A stretch of 63,713 bases of DNA, the filler included, from Reticulomyxa filosa (taxonomy: Eukaryota; Protista; Foraminifera): assembly GCA_000512085.1 (NCBI GenBank). It is 21 parts of 21 records of this genome, joined end to end, with 100 filler letters (N's around TTAATTAATTAA, not from the genome) between each part and the next. Parts side by side here need not be neighbours in the genome. Positions count along the whole stretch, not along the records: positions 1 to 6,045 come from ASPP01003283.1; positions 6,146 to 9,739 come from ASPP01004636.1; positions 9,840 to 12,484 come from ASPP01001422.1; positions 12,585 to 15,125 come from ASPP01007293.1; 17 more parts are not named here. One strand, written 5' to 3'. How positions within the stretch are numbered: the first letter of the stretch is position 1; each line of letters begins with the position of its first letter. This document shows, in pieces, positions 1 to 12,642 of this stretch. Under the pieces are notes generated by a model, which did not search any database, was not told the DNA's origin, and saw nothing but the letters and a program-made list of their open reading frames with translations. Both the position numbers and the translations under genes were made by a program.

Positions 1-358
1 AAAAAAAAAAAAAATGCAAAGCAAAGAAGTAAAATAAAAATCAGTGCACAGAACCGTAGGATAAATGCCAATGTAAATGCTGTCAAATTCAGCAATGATA
101 TCAGTGTGTCCAGGAATGGCCGATTCAAGATTATCGATAATGATTTGGTCGTTGATTTTTTCATTTTCATTTGCTCCCTTCCAACAGGGGATGTGCAATT
201 TCTTGTTGAAATCTTGATACGATTTTTCAATAACTCCTCGCTTTCTTTTTTCATTATCTTTCTTTATTTTCTCTCTATTTTTTATATTTTTTTTGTGAAA
301 AATACTTTTTCATTTAATTGTGAAATTGTATTATTTACAATGTATACAAGCTGTGTTG

Positions 359-748
359 TTAAAAATGACAACTGAGCTTCAGTTCAACAATTTCTTGTTT
401 GCTGTCTAAGGGAGCATGGCTATTGGGTCCTGAAGGTCGTCTTAATGATGGCAGATTTTGATCCAAATTCAACTTCAGCTTTGACACACTCTCTTTCATT
501 GACTTAGTCAGGCTCTGTCTTTTTTTTGAAATGTAATCATTTGACTGTGCCGAAAATGCGCTCCACTTTGATTTCCATGTATTTGTTTCCTCTTCTTTTT
601 TTACTTCCTTTTCTTCTCTTTTTTCTTTTTCCTTTTCTTGCGCCTGTTCATTTTCTTTTTCCTTTTCCTTCTCTTTGTTCTGATCCACCAATTCTGGTTC
701 TATCTTCTCAGAAGGATTTTGGGGAACTTCGTCCTTTACCTCAGACAT
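359..748 (-). CDS. Hypothetical Glu/Lys-rich protein, N-terminal exon (gene probably continues toward the window start)
   Basis: Open frame MSEVKDEVPQNP...EKEKEKENEQ. No recognisable domain. Confidence 0.4.
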   Translation of the reverse strand: MSEVKDEVPQNPSEKIEPELVDQNKEKEKEKENEQAQEKEKEKREEKEVKKEEETNTWKSKWSAFSAQSNDYISKKRQSLTKSMKESVSKLKLNLDQNLPSLRRPSGPNSHAPLDSKQEIVELKLSCHF

Positions 749-1651
749 TATTGTCAAAGATTGTTCAATTCAGCGTAAGAAGACCTTTTTTCGAAACTGG
801 AAAAAACGTGTACAACTAGATTTGATCATCTTTGTTTGTGTATTTTAAACTATTTTTGATAAAGAAATCACGTGCGACGATACTGGGTAATGAACAAAAA
901 CAGACATGTACTGTCGCAGAAGTAAAAGATATGTCATGTTACGGAAACAACACAGGAAAGCATTTATTAATTAAATTTCTCACTATAAAAGTGCCGTTTA
1001 TTTAAAGTTTGTTCGGGAGCCAACAAAATCGAAGCAAGTATAATTTTTACTTTAAACGAATAAAGTTTTTAAACATTGTCTGTCTTTAAAAGAATGCTAT
1101 GTAATCGAGCAAAAAAACAATTTAAAGCAAAACAGCCAGATTATAGTCCCAATGCCGAGGAAAAAGTAGTTAGGACTTTGCAACTTGCTCCAAACAACCA
1201 AGTACAATCTGGTTCAGTTATTCACAGCCAAACAGTTTCTCGAAGTCCAAAGATCCAGAATCAAAACCAAAACCTTGCTGGTGCCACAACTACAAGCGAT
1301 GAAAAGGCAGAGATAGTTAGTGAAACTTTTTGTTTGAGCACTTGACGTATTTTTTAAAAAAATTTCTGAGCCTTTTGGTTATACGTTTTATTATTAATGT
1401 TGATTCAGAATTTTATTCCTGTAAAAAAAAAAAGGTTGAAAATAAGACGGACACTGGTATGGACAATCTACCTTGGATAAAAAATTCCGATAAACGAGAA
1501 AAAAAAAAAATAACAATAGCCAATGTTGAGTGCAGTGTATTGTTATTTTGTTTTCATTATTTTACTTTGATTGAGTAACAAAGACGTTTTTTTTGTTAAC
1601 AAAAATATAAAAAACTCAAAAAAGAAGTGGCAACGTGAACCAACATTTTCA

Positions 1652-2524
1652 ATGGAAAAACAAGTAGCAAATGTTGAGCCGTTGACAACCCCAAAGGGGT
1701 TAATAGCCTGTGTTGAGAACTACGTATACTTATGTGACGTCAATTCACAAAAGGGACGTAAATTTGTGGAGCATACTTCCTATGTATCATCAGCGCAGAT
1801 CACGACAGATGGTCGTTTTCTTGTGTCTGGATCGTATGACCACTTGCTATATATCTGGAATTTACAGTCGCGAATGATTCTATATCGGCTACAAGGTCAC
1901 TCTGACTTTGTCAATTCGGTGGACGTTTCGTCGGGATGTGAGCGCATTGTTTCTGCGTCGGATGATCGGACAGTCGGTGTCTGGGATATCGCGCAAGGAA
2001 AGCAAATCCATTGTTTAAAAGGACATTATAACTCAACAACAGATGCGCGATTTCGAAAAGGCCAATTCAATGAAATTGTATCAAGCTCGTATGATAATAC
2101 AGTTCGATTGTGGGACTTGCGTGTCGGAACAAAAGAGGTAAAAACACTAAGACATTTGGATGGAGTCACTGGAGTTGACTTTTCTCCTGTGACAAATACT
2201 GTCGCATCCTCGTGCTTTGACAAAATTGTTCACGTTTGGGATCTCGCTTCGACGAATGAAGAAGTTAATTTGCTGAAAGGACATACCGAAAAAGTTATGA
2301 AGGCACGCTTCTCATCTGATGGGCTCCTTGTCGTCTCTGCTTCTTTTGATACCACAGTACGCTTATGGGATGTGGAGGGAGAGTTCTCACTCCAGATTTT
2401 GAAAGGCCACTCCAAGAGGGTTAACTCGGCGGTGTTTTCCGCCGATGATATGTGCGTTTGGTCTTGCTCTGATGACTGCACTGTGCGACTGTGGACCCGA
2501 AAAAAATTAATCGATCCTCTTTAA
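1652..2524 (+). CDS. WD40-repeat protein (about 6-7 repeats); may have upstream exons at 1076-1480
   Basis: Repeated GH...S.S.D.TV.(L/V)WD units, e.g. GHSDFVNSV...SASDDRTVGVWD and GHTEKV...SASFDTTVRLWD. Confidence 0.9.
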   Translation: MEKQVANVEPLTTPKGLIACVENYVYLCDVNSQKGRKFVEHTSYVSSAQITTDGRFLVSGSYDHLLYIWNLQSRMILYRLQGHSDFVNSVDVSSGCERIVSASDDRTVGVWDIAQGKQIHCLKGHYNSTTDARFRKGQFNEIVSSSYDNTVRLWDLRVGTKEVKTLRHLDGVTGVDFSPVTNTVASSCFDKIVHVWDLASTNEEVNLLKGHTEKVMKARFSSDGLLVVSASFDTTVRLWDVEGEFSLQILKGHSKRVNSAVFSADDMCVWSCSDDCTVRLWTRKKLIDPL

Positions 2525-3836
2525 AGGCAAGTGCTCCGTGTCGTTCGCTTGGCTTTGAAATGGCAATTGACTTGATTTTTAGTCTTTTTTTTTTTTTTTG
2601 CTTTTTGGTGGGTTTGTATTTCGTTGATTGAATCTTTCAAACGTTCGTGGGTTGTTCGGCAAAAAATTTATAACATTTTCATTAGCAAATCATTTGTTTT
2701 GGCAACTACATCTATTTCCAAATTTTTTTTGTTTTTCAACTTTTCTCGTTACACAAAACAAATAGAATCGCTAGCAAAAATAGTTAAAAAATCAATAGTT
2801 TAATTTAACACATATACTTGCAGAGCCAAGATAAACAAAATCCAATTTCATAAAAAGATTGATAAAAGCCGAATCTGGTCGTCTCTTAAAAAGGGCCCAA
2901 TTCAATTTTTTAAACTTTTTTATCTGTCATCATTCTGTTTTTTTCGTTGTTTTCCAAGACATAACAATTATTTTTTAATTTCATGAAAGTCGAAGAAATC
3001 ATATGCGCGAGACTAGTTGAAATGTGCTAATACCTTTGACAAACTTATTTGTTTTTACGTTATAATATGATATTTTTTTTTATGTTTGAGACAACTGAAA
3101 AGTTTGTGGTATATGCGCAAAATATTATAGTGATATATACTTTCTGCAAAATGCAAACTACAAAAGATAAATTTGTGATTACAACAGACTTGGAGATAGT
3201 AATTCTTTTTTTTATTTTGTTTTATATCGATCAATTGATAGTTGGAAAAAATATAATCATTTTGTACATGATTATAATGTTAATTTGAAATATTACTAAG
3301 TGTTTTTTGTTCACTAGCAGTAACTTTGTATTTTAATGCGTTGTTTCTTTGCAAACACATTGTAATAACCTAGGATTATTGTGTAATTTTTTGCAATTGT
3401 TTGAAAGCATTTTTGCATATTATCAGGTTATTGATTTCATTGTTTATGAACTTTATCGTTCGAGTAGTGGACTTTCCTTTGTTAACTTTACAAGTTCTTT
3501 CGTATTTTTCTACTTTCAATGCATTTCGAACACCGCTTGCTGTCTTCACCTTCGCAATATATTTAATATTTAATATCTAATACCTAAAACAGTATGATTA
3601 TTACATCGTTTCAATGGATCGAATTGTCTCATTTGTTATTTCTCAGATTAATTTTCCTCCACAACTACAAAAAATTATCTTGTACTAAGAAAATAAATTT
3701 TCAAGTGTTACATGCTCAAAAAAGATCCGGCACCTCTTCAAGGGGGAGGGAAGAAGTAAGAGAAATTTTAAAGATTCACATCCTTCGCAATATTTTTTTC
3801 CTTAAATTTATTTTAAAATCTCCACTGACCGAAAAT

Positions 3837-5985
3837 ATGAGCCGACGTTCAATGAGCCATGATCTAAGTCAGAAAAGCCGATATTTGAGGAAGCTAACGG
3901 AAAGTTTGCCGAAAGCGAAAAGAAAAACAACGAGTATGGAGGATAGAAGAGAGAGTAAAAGCGAGAGAAAGAGCAAAAAAGAGGAAGAGAGTAGAAAAGT
4001 GGAAATGAACATATTAGCGAAAAAATGGAGTTATGTGTTTGAAGACGAGATATTGCACCGAGAGTCATTTCACAACGACCACAAAACGTCATCGTTTCGA
4101 GCGACATATATTTTGTCAAGAAACAACAAGATTGACGTGTGTTCAGACGGACATTTGACAGTGACGAATTATCTGATGTTTTTCGAGCCGGAAGATGACA
4201 ACACATTGCCAGGAGGGAGTCAGCACTTGATATTTCCATTGACGTATATAAGCAAGATATCAGTGAAAGAGAAGCCAAAGATGTATCCAAGCAAATCGAC
4301 ATGTACGGCAGACAAGGACAGCTCAAAGGGATTGATCAGCACCACGGGAGCAGTGACAACTGTGTCAAGTGCAACAACGATCCCGGTGGACGTATTCGAA
4401 TTGGAGATCACTACGCGGAGATATCGCTCGGTAAAGTTCCAAGTGGACAAGTCTGTGCGAATGGATCCATTGATGGAGATGTTCCGCACGCTCGTGTTCC
4501 CGGAAGATGTTCGGCAGACCTTTGCTTTTGCATATGCGAAGAAGCATCCTGTCGGACACAAGTTTGCCATCGACCGAGTTGACTCCAAGGAAAAGGAGAG
4601 CCTGCACGCGGACGACCACGACGAAATATGGAGTTGGACTACGTACGACGTATACCAAGAGTTCAAACGAATGGGTGTGTCCGACGTCAATGCAGACACG
4701 AGCACCGGCGACTGTCGCTATCGTTGCACAAAAGTGAATAACATGTACGAAGTGTGTGATACGTATCCGCGCATGCTGTACGTGCCGATGTCGATGAAGG
4801 ACGAGGAGATCAAGCAAGTGGCATTATTTCGTAAAAAAGGACGAATCCCAGCAATGACATGGAAAGAATGCACATCGAACGTAGCATTGTTCCGTTGCAG
4901 CCAGCCGCAGGTAGGAGTGACAGGACAGCGATCGAATGCCGACGAATGGATGCTAGAGAAGATTGTCGAAGCCAATGACGGTGTAAGTGATAGCGTGTTA
5001 TACGTAATGGATGCACGTCCGAAGTTGAATGCGCAGCTGAACAAGGCCAAAGGTGCAGGGTTCGAAAACGCGGCTTTTTATAAAAACATCATCGTCGAGT
5101 TTTTGAACATTGCCAATATCCATGTGATGCGGAAGTCGAGACAAGCATTGTCCAGAATTATTCATGCGCCCAAACACAAAGACAAAGACTGGTGGGTGCA
5201 ACTGGCAAATACCGAGTGGCTCCAACATATACGTAAGCTGTTGAAAGGTACGCACAAAATGGTGTCTGTCATCAAACGACAAGAAATGTAGCATCCTTTG
5301 TCATTGCAGCGATGGATGGGATCGCACTTCGCAACTGTGTTGTCTGGCTCAGCTATGCATGGACGGATACTACCGCACGCTCAAAGGCTTCATTGTACTG
5401 ATCGAAAAAGATTGGCTGGCGTTTGGACATCAATTTAATATGCGAATTGGCTATTGTTTGGATGATGCCAATGGAGATGACGAACGGTCACCGGTGTTCG
5501 AGCAGTTCATTGATTGCGTGTGGCAACTCACTCAACAGTTTCCGACTCTGTTTCAATTCACTCCACAATTTCTTCTCATCTTACTCGACCACGTATACTC
5601 GTGTCGCTTTGGCACGTTCCTCGGCAGCTGTCCCAAACAAAGGGAACAGCTGTCGTTGAGCCAACACACTTTGTCGTTGTGGACCTTCTTGCAAAACTGC
5701 CACCATAGCATGTCTTTTGTTAATCACTTTTATCGTCCAGACTCCTTTCATCACACCATTTTTCCTTTGTATCATGCCAAGGCCATTCGCTTTTGGAATG
5801 ATTGCTACTTGCGCCATTGTCCGGAACATATCATGCATATCAAGCCAGAGTTCTCGCAAGATTTCTCTCAAGAAAAGCTCTTGCTGCAATTGAAACTTGA
5901 ATTGGATGAGGCAAAAAAGGAAAACGCTTTGCTCTTAGCCAAAGCCAAAGCAAGCGCTCATGTTATCGAAGAGGATATGGATTAA
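3837..5985 (+). CDS. Myotubularin-family phosphoinositide 3-phosphatase (PH-GRAM-like N-terminus, PTP domain, C-terminal coiled coil); one +1 frameshift near 5273-5280
   Basis: Motifs CDTYP, FRKKGRIP, RCSQP, DARP, NIHVMR and LIEKDWLAFGHQF. Intact catalytic HCSDGWDRT at 5302-5328 in the second frame. Removing one A from ATCAAACGAC joins ORFs 3594..5291 and 5359..5985. Confidence 0.93.
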
Positions 5986-6045
5986 TCCTTTTTTTTTTTT
6001 TTTTTTTTTTTGTGTTGTACGTTTTTCATTGCAAGTCGTACTTGT

Positions 6046-6145
6046 NNNNNNNNNNNNNNNNNNNNNNNNNNNNNNNNNNNNNNNNNNNNTTAATTAATTA
6101 ANNNNNNNNNNNNNNNNNNNNNNNNNNNNNNNNNNNNNNNNNNNN
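6046..6145. other. Artificial contig-joining spacer (N44-TTAATTAATTAA-N44); first of 20 copies
   Basis: Identical 100-nt spacer with stops in all six frames, starting at 6046, 9740, 12485, 15126, 17570, 21734, 23105, 29635, 31110, 33019, 34700, 37087, 45162, 50520, 52269, 53694, 55475, 57655, 59376 and 62207. GC content and gene content change abruptly across several of them. Confidence 0.98.
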
Positions 6146-6220
6146 AAAAAAAAAAAGACGAGATAAAAAGCTGGTTTATCCACACAAGTAAGAAAATAAA
6201 GACAAAGAAAAGTGGTAAAC

Positions 6221-7796
6221 TCGTTCTTCCAAAATGGCAATATCGATTTCCACGGGTTGACTCAATATCTCGGGCCTGGTGGATACATAGCGCCTGTGTT
6301 TCATTTCTTCACTGACTTCTTGTTCGAGGACGTGAAGCAGCAGAGCGACATTGTCTTTTTGGAATGAGAGATACTTTTTGAAGTGATGTCTCAAGTTGTT
6401 TTGGACCGCCTGTTTTTGCGTATCGATGAATGACTCGAGCATCACGCTAATGGCCATATCCACATCGTCGCTGCGCACATATTCGCGCAGGTGCAGTTTG
6501 GCGCGAGCTTCGGCCAAGCGCAAGATGCTTTCAATGTGTCTCACGGCAATGGGGATGCCACCGCCCTCGGACGACTTTTGGCGCAAGTCGCTATAGAATT
6601 TGGAAACCTTTTCGCGGTCAATCTTGTCAAGTTTGGGATGGCAATGATGTTTCGCATAAAATATGTATTTCCGAAGCATATCTTGGCTTATTTGCTATTA
6701 TGTACGTATATATATATACATATATAATTAACTCCACCGATGACAGAAGGCTTGTCTTGATGACGTTGTTGTGGCTCATCTTGCAACTGCTGTTGGAGTA
6801 GTTGCAACTCTTGTTTGCGTGTGTTGGAATGCGACGCAATATGATTTCCGACGACAAAGTCGGCGAGCATTTCATCCTTAGTGGGGTCAACGCGATCTCG
6901 CACGACGGCGAGCACGTCGAAGCGCGACAGAATGGGGTCGGTGAGATCCACGTTTTCGACAAAGGTGAGCGAGCCGTCGTATCTGCCTTTGATAGGGTTG
7001 GCGGCGGCGATGACCGAACAACGCGCTTGCAGCGTGGCCACAATACCTGCTTTCGAAATGCTAATGCTTTGCTGTTCCATGGCTTCGTGGATCGATGTGC
7101 GGTCTTGGTCGTTCATTTTATCAAACTCGTCGATTAGACATACCCCTCGGTCGGCCAGCACTAATGCTCCTCCTTCCAACGTCCATTCGCGAGTTACTGG
7201 GTCTCTTCGCACGCTCGCTGTCAATCCTACCGCGCTCGCGCCTTTGCCCGTCGCGTACACTGCGCGATGCGCCACGCCTTCAATGTAGCGCAGAAACTGC
7301 GACTTTGCGACGCCGGGATCGCCCAGAATCAGAATGTTAATGTCCGCACGCACGCGATGCTTGTTTGCGTGCACCTTTTCGCGTCCGCCAAACAGACTGT
7401 ACGCAATTGCGCGCTTAATGTACTCGTAGCCGTAAATGGACGGCGCGATCGAAGACACAATGATCGACTCAATGTCGCTGCGCTTCGATATATTGATAAT
7501 CTCTTTGCGGTCGTCGTCCGTGATCACGTATTGCGAATAGTAGTCCTTTTCCTTCACCATGTGGTTCGCCTCGATCACCGTCGAAAACACAGGGAACCCG
7601 TGCTGGATATTCACCGATGGCTCGAACATGTTCTTATACGTACCCGTCACTTTGATCAACTCGCCCGGTCGCACGCTGTCGCACAAGTCACCCACCAATA
7701 TCACGTCGCGTGAACGCGGAATGCGTCCTGCAGGAACAGACCCCGGAGATTCTTGCAATACTATCTTTTGATAGTTTCGATAGACCGTCTATATAC

Positions 7797-7833
<37 letters not shown>

Positions 7834-8149
7834 CATATATATGTATATATATATATATTTATACATTTATATACATATTTTTATTTATTTATATTTAATA
7901 AAAATCACATATACCATTGCTTCATTTATTCGAAAGGGCCCACTCGATCCGCAGTCGGGACAAGAAGGGGGTCGTATCTCCTTGCTCCCTTGCTGTACGA
8001 TAGGAGTCAACGCCAAACCACATTTGATGCAGTCGAAATATACCACTTGCAATTGTGGAAATACGTTCGTTCGTCTTGTCACCACACCTCCCACTTGCAC
8101 GAATGCATTCAAGTGCACTTCTCTTTTATATATGTATATATGTATATAT

Positions 8150-8180
<31 letters not shown>

Positions 8181-9391
8181 TGCATATATGTACACAATGT
8201 GTAAATATTTTGTAATACCTAAGCTCTCGCAAGTTGTCGGTCAAAGGCAGATTGGCAATGCGCACGTTGACATGCGATTGAATGTTTTCGTAGTTTGGAA
8301 ACTCGTACTTGGCCACTTGAATGGCCACGTCGTCGAACAGCTCCAACATGTCTTTGGGGAAATCCGCCAGCCACACCGCCAACGTGGGCTGCGCTTTGGC
8401 CAGGTCGGGGTATGACACTTCCAAACTGCATTTGTTCTCTTTTTTTTTTTTTAAAAAAAAAAAATTGTTTTGCTGACAAAGCAGAAACATGAAAACACCT
8501 ACACAAAATGCGCAAAAAAACGAACCGAGACACATTTTTGTAATTCGTTCGGGGTACTTGGGTGCGTGAGCTCCTTGCTCTTGGAACGTGGTTAAAAACT
8601 TGCGAAAGCGACTTTTCACCTCTTTCCGCACCGCCTCTTGGTCCAGGTATTCACGCACAGGGCCTTGATAATCGTCCAAATTCACAATTCCTTCGTCCTA
8701 TAACACACATGGAGAAAAAAGAAATATATATATACATATACATATGTATATATATATATATATATATATATTTATAAATACCTCGGCCTGTCCGGTTTGA
8801 GCAATTGCCAAGGCACGTCGCTGTTGCAGCGAAAACGGCAAATCTTCATCTGCAAACAAAATATATGTATATATTTTGTTTTTTTGTATATGTTAATATT
8901 ATTTGTCAATGCAATTGTTATATTGCTTTCCTCCCTCCTCAAACACAAATAATCTCGGCAACGCATTATCAAAAAAAAATCTGACTGTGCAAAAACAAAC
9001 AAACAACAAATAAAAAAAAAAAAAAAATTTAAAAAATACCGTCTTCCAAGGCGGTGGGCATTCGTCCGGAACGGCCATGTCCTTCTCTTCGATCGCGCTC
9101 GTTGATAAATGCTTCCGCGGCATGCTTTTGTCTTGCGTCCATTGGGGCGTAGTCCTCATTGTCCAAGTTCTCTTCTTCAAACTTATCCAAACGAGGAATC
9201 TCATGGTAATCTCTTTTTTAATACATTAACAAATTAATTTATAAAATAAATAAAAAAAACATTTTTTTTTTTTGCGTACTCTGCAAGGCCTTCCATCAAA
9301 TCCTCTCCCTCCTCTTCCTCAGGGTCAATCTGACTGCTTCTCTCATCGTCTGACTGTTTAACATGTCCATCAAGCACACAATCATTCCTTT
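6221..9391 (-). CDS. MCM2: DNA replication licensing factor MCM2, multi-exon, 3' end truncated. Exons approx. 9391-9280, 9212-9040, 8849-8782, 8697-8526, 8438-8219, 8122-7915, 7788-6733, 6694-6221
   Basis: N-terminal EGEDL..DY..IP.LD; zinc finger CIKC...CPDC; [15 protein letters not shown]; Walker [10 protein letters not shown]; MCM box [30 protein letters not shown]; SRFD arginine finger. GT-AG introns restore the frame. Confidence 0.97.
7789..7914. repeat. Intronic (TA)n/TATAC microsatellite; similar tracts at 8123-8218, 8698-8781 and 25985-26035
   Basis: Directly visible TA-rich degenerate dinucleotide arrays filling the introns. Confidence 0.85.
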
Positions 9392-11359
9392 GCTTCAAAC
9401 AAAAAGAAAAAAACGCGTTTCTATTGAGATTCGCAGAGAAAGAGAGTCACCATTTTTTGTGGGAATGAGTGCTATTGAACAAATATATCAAGTGCTTTGC
9501 AACGAAGAACGTATCGAGACAAACGCTGAAATGGAATTGAAGATCTCTCAATGAATTTTTATATCTCTGCGATCTTTTGTTGGACCCCTATTTTGCAGTA
9601 CCAAGACCCAATTGCGGCAGATTAGTGACTGTTTACAACAAAGGGAAAGTTTGCAATTGAAAAAAAAAAAGTAGAAAGCTTGTTTTGGGAAGACCATTAA
9701 TTCCTTGCAAGTAATAAATTCATTGTTAACTCAAACAACNNNNNNNNNNNNNNNNNNNNNNNNNNNNNNNNNNNNNNNNNNNNTTAATTAATTAANNNNN
9801 NNNNNNNNNNNNNNNNNNNNNNNNNNNNNNNNNNNNNNNTGGAAATGCATTTGGCAAGGTGGTTGCGCTGGTTTGTCATTGAATGGCAGTACTTGGAAAG
9901 ATGCAAAAGGTATAACTCTTTTGCAGATATCAGTTGTTGAGAAATATGGTGGAGCTTTTTAATTTTTTTTTTTCTATGTGAAAAATGATTATTTTGGAAT
10001 TTTTTTTTATTTGAGTAAGTATTAATTTTTTTGGATTTAAAATGACCACATTAATACCAGTTGAAAATTTTTCATTATACTTAAGACTAGTAATCGATCA
10101 GACTATTTAGCATGATTTAAGTATATGTTTGCAATTCGCTGTGCCAATTCTACAACATATTTTTTGCATATTCATTTATGTTGGCAACACTTCTGATGCA
10201 GCTGCAGCGTTTTTGAAATATAATGCCAAAATAACTGCTACAGTTGACAATTCTTTGATCTTTTGCAAACGTTGTTTGAATTTTATATTACTATCAGTAT
10301 TATTCGCAAAATTTACTAGGATCTGATTGATTTGCTTTTCGAACATGGTATACAAAGTCTTTTTGTCCAGATTTTGATGTCAAGTTTACTTTTTTTTTCC
10401 GTTCTGCAAGGTTTTTGCGCTTTGCTTGTTTTACTTTCTGTTAATGGCAAACAAGTCAATTACCGATAAAAACAAGCAAACAAACACAATGATGTTGTGA
10501 GAACGTGTACATTTATGATTCACTGTATTTTTTTTAGTGTTTATATGCTTATTATTTTTGTTTAGAACCTGTTTTTTGTGTTGTTTTGTAACATAATTAT
10601 TCAAAATTAATGTTTTGAATTTTTGACTTTATAGACTTTCTATCAATGACTCTAAAAAAAACATTCATCTTTTTCAGTATAAATATTCCCCACAACTAAT
10701 GAAATGAAAGAATTTATGAAATTAAATATCGCAATATTAATATCTTTAAAGTTTACAATAAAAGGAAATGAATTGAACATTGTTCGTCTAATTGATTGAC
10801 AAAAAAATTTAAAGTGAATTTTTTAAAAAATTAATAAAAGAATTTTGTATAAATAACTTTTTATTTATAAGATATATTTAAAAAAAATTATTTTTTTATT
10901 AAGAAATTTGTAATATTAATTTTGATTTAATTTTAGATTAATTTTTAAATATACAACTATGTGTCAAATATGATATAAAGTTGTATAAGTAAGTGTAGTT
11001 ACACCAGCAATGCTGTTGCTGATTAGTAGTTTTCTACGATTATCCTTAAGAAGCGTCACAATTTTACATTTTTTCTTTTTTTTTCCGTTTGTGATTGTTA
11101 AAAAACGAAATGAATACAAACAAAAAAATCAAGTGATTTTTAGCATTACACGCAAAACTGTCTCTTTTAAGACAGTGTTTTTCATCAGAGTTTGATTGAT
11201 ACAATATCGGAAGCGTTTAAGTAATGAATGGGAAAACATTAAAAAATATTTGAAATGCAAAATCTCTAAACAATAAATTGTGTTCATATACATTTGCGTT
11301 AGTGTAACACTAAAGTTATTTCAATTGGTTAGTTTCCAGAGAACCAAAGACGGTGATAG

Positions 11360-12484
11360 TCACAATTCATTCACCAAACGTTGAAATTCAATTGAAATTT
11401 TGGTATCATCATCGATAGGTTGTTGTGCAAAAGACATAGTTGTGTCTGGTTTGTTTTTTTCTGTTTGTGTGGTCTTTTTGGATTCTCGAGTATCAATACT
11501 TTTGTCACTTCGAGATCGGTGATGCTCACTGGCTTTGGTTTGATAGTTGGACATGTCCAAGCATTTTCCAGCCATAACCCGATGGGAAATGGAACTCATG
11601 ACAATTAAATTTTCTTTGTCCCGATGCGTATCAGTATTGGAAGAGGCCCCACCTTCGTGTGTTAATACGATCAGTACTGATTGCAGGCCAACAAAATACA
11701 ATCGAAAAAGACAGCATCTTATCCTCTATTGTTCGTTTGTCTCTCTTTTCTTCTTGCTCGTTGGACAACATGCATTGATGATATGATGATTATTTGAACA
11801 AAACTATTGGCATCGTACGACATATCAGCTAAACCTCGACTATTGCAAAGTAAATAAAACGTCGGCAAATTGGTAAAAACGCTGTTCTATGTGTTTTGGT
11901 TGATTTCATTATTTCCCATTTTTTTTTCAATATTTTTTAAAAGGTTCAATTTCGTATTGATATATCGATTGCGTCAGGAGATTGCGTCATCCAATATGCC
12001 TTGGGTGATCATTTTGTTAAAATAGAAGTTAAAAAATAAGTGGCATTTGCAATATCTGTCTAAAATGCATACACATACATATCAAAGATAAAAGATGATC
12101 CTTGCTTTTTTGTTTGTCTTCAACAATGAAATAAAACTTTAACAGTCGTTCCAAAAAGTTTCGATGCCAATTGAGCGGTCGACACTGGATCATTTCCACT
12201 GGTTAACAAAGATTATACACACATATACATACATATATATATATGTATGTATATTTATATGGGAAAAGCATATGCGTTGACTGAACAAAAAAAAAAACAA
12301 AAAATTAAGCATTGGAAAACTGGTGTCGCTTTGTTTGATTTATCCTTATTGACAACGGTTTGCTACGTTGAAAGGAATTTGACTGTCATTTGATGATTGA
12401 CAGTAATGGCGGGATGTGGCGATTTTTTGGACGCGTTGGCCGCACGAGACGTTGGAGCAGAGTTGTCCGACGATTTGGCCGACA
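11360..12484 (-). CDS. Hypothetical multi-exon protein fragment
   Basis: ORF 11360..11701 plus coding-like segments up to the contig end. No recognisable domain. Confidence 0.3.
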
Positions 12485-12642
12485 NNNNNNNNNNNNNNNN
12501 NNNNNNNNNNNNNNNNNNNNNNNNNNNNTTAATTAATTAANNNNNNNNNNNNNNNNNNNNNNNNNNNNNNNNNNNNNNNNNNNNCTTTATTCATTTTGCA
12601 TTGCACATCACAAGGTAACTCAAAAAAAAAAACAAAAAACAG

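Noticed and set aside
7710-8415. ORFs rich in YIYIYI
   Set aside because: Translations of intronic TA microsatellites on the strand opposite MCM2.
9840-11200. Short ORFs or a possible element relic in AT-rich DNA
   Set aside because: No recognisable motif, terminal repeat or consistent frame.
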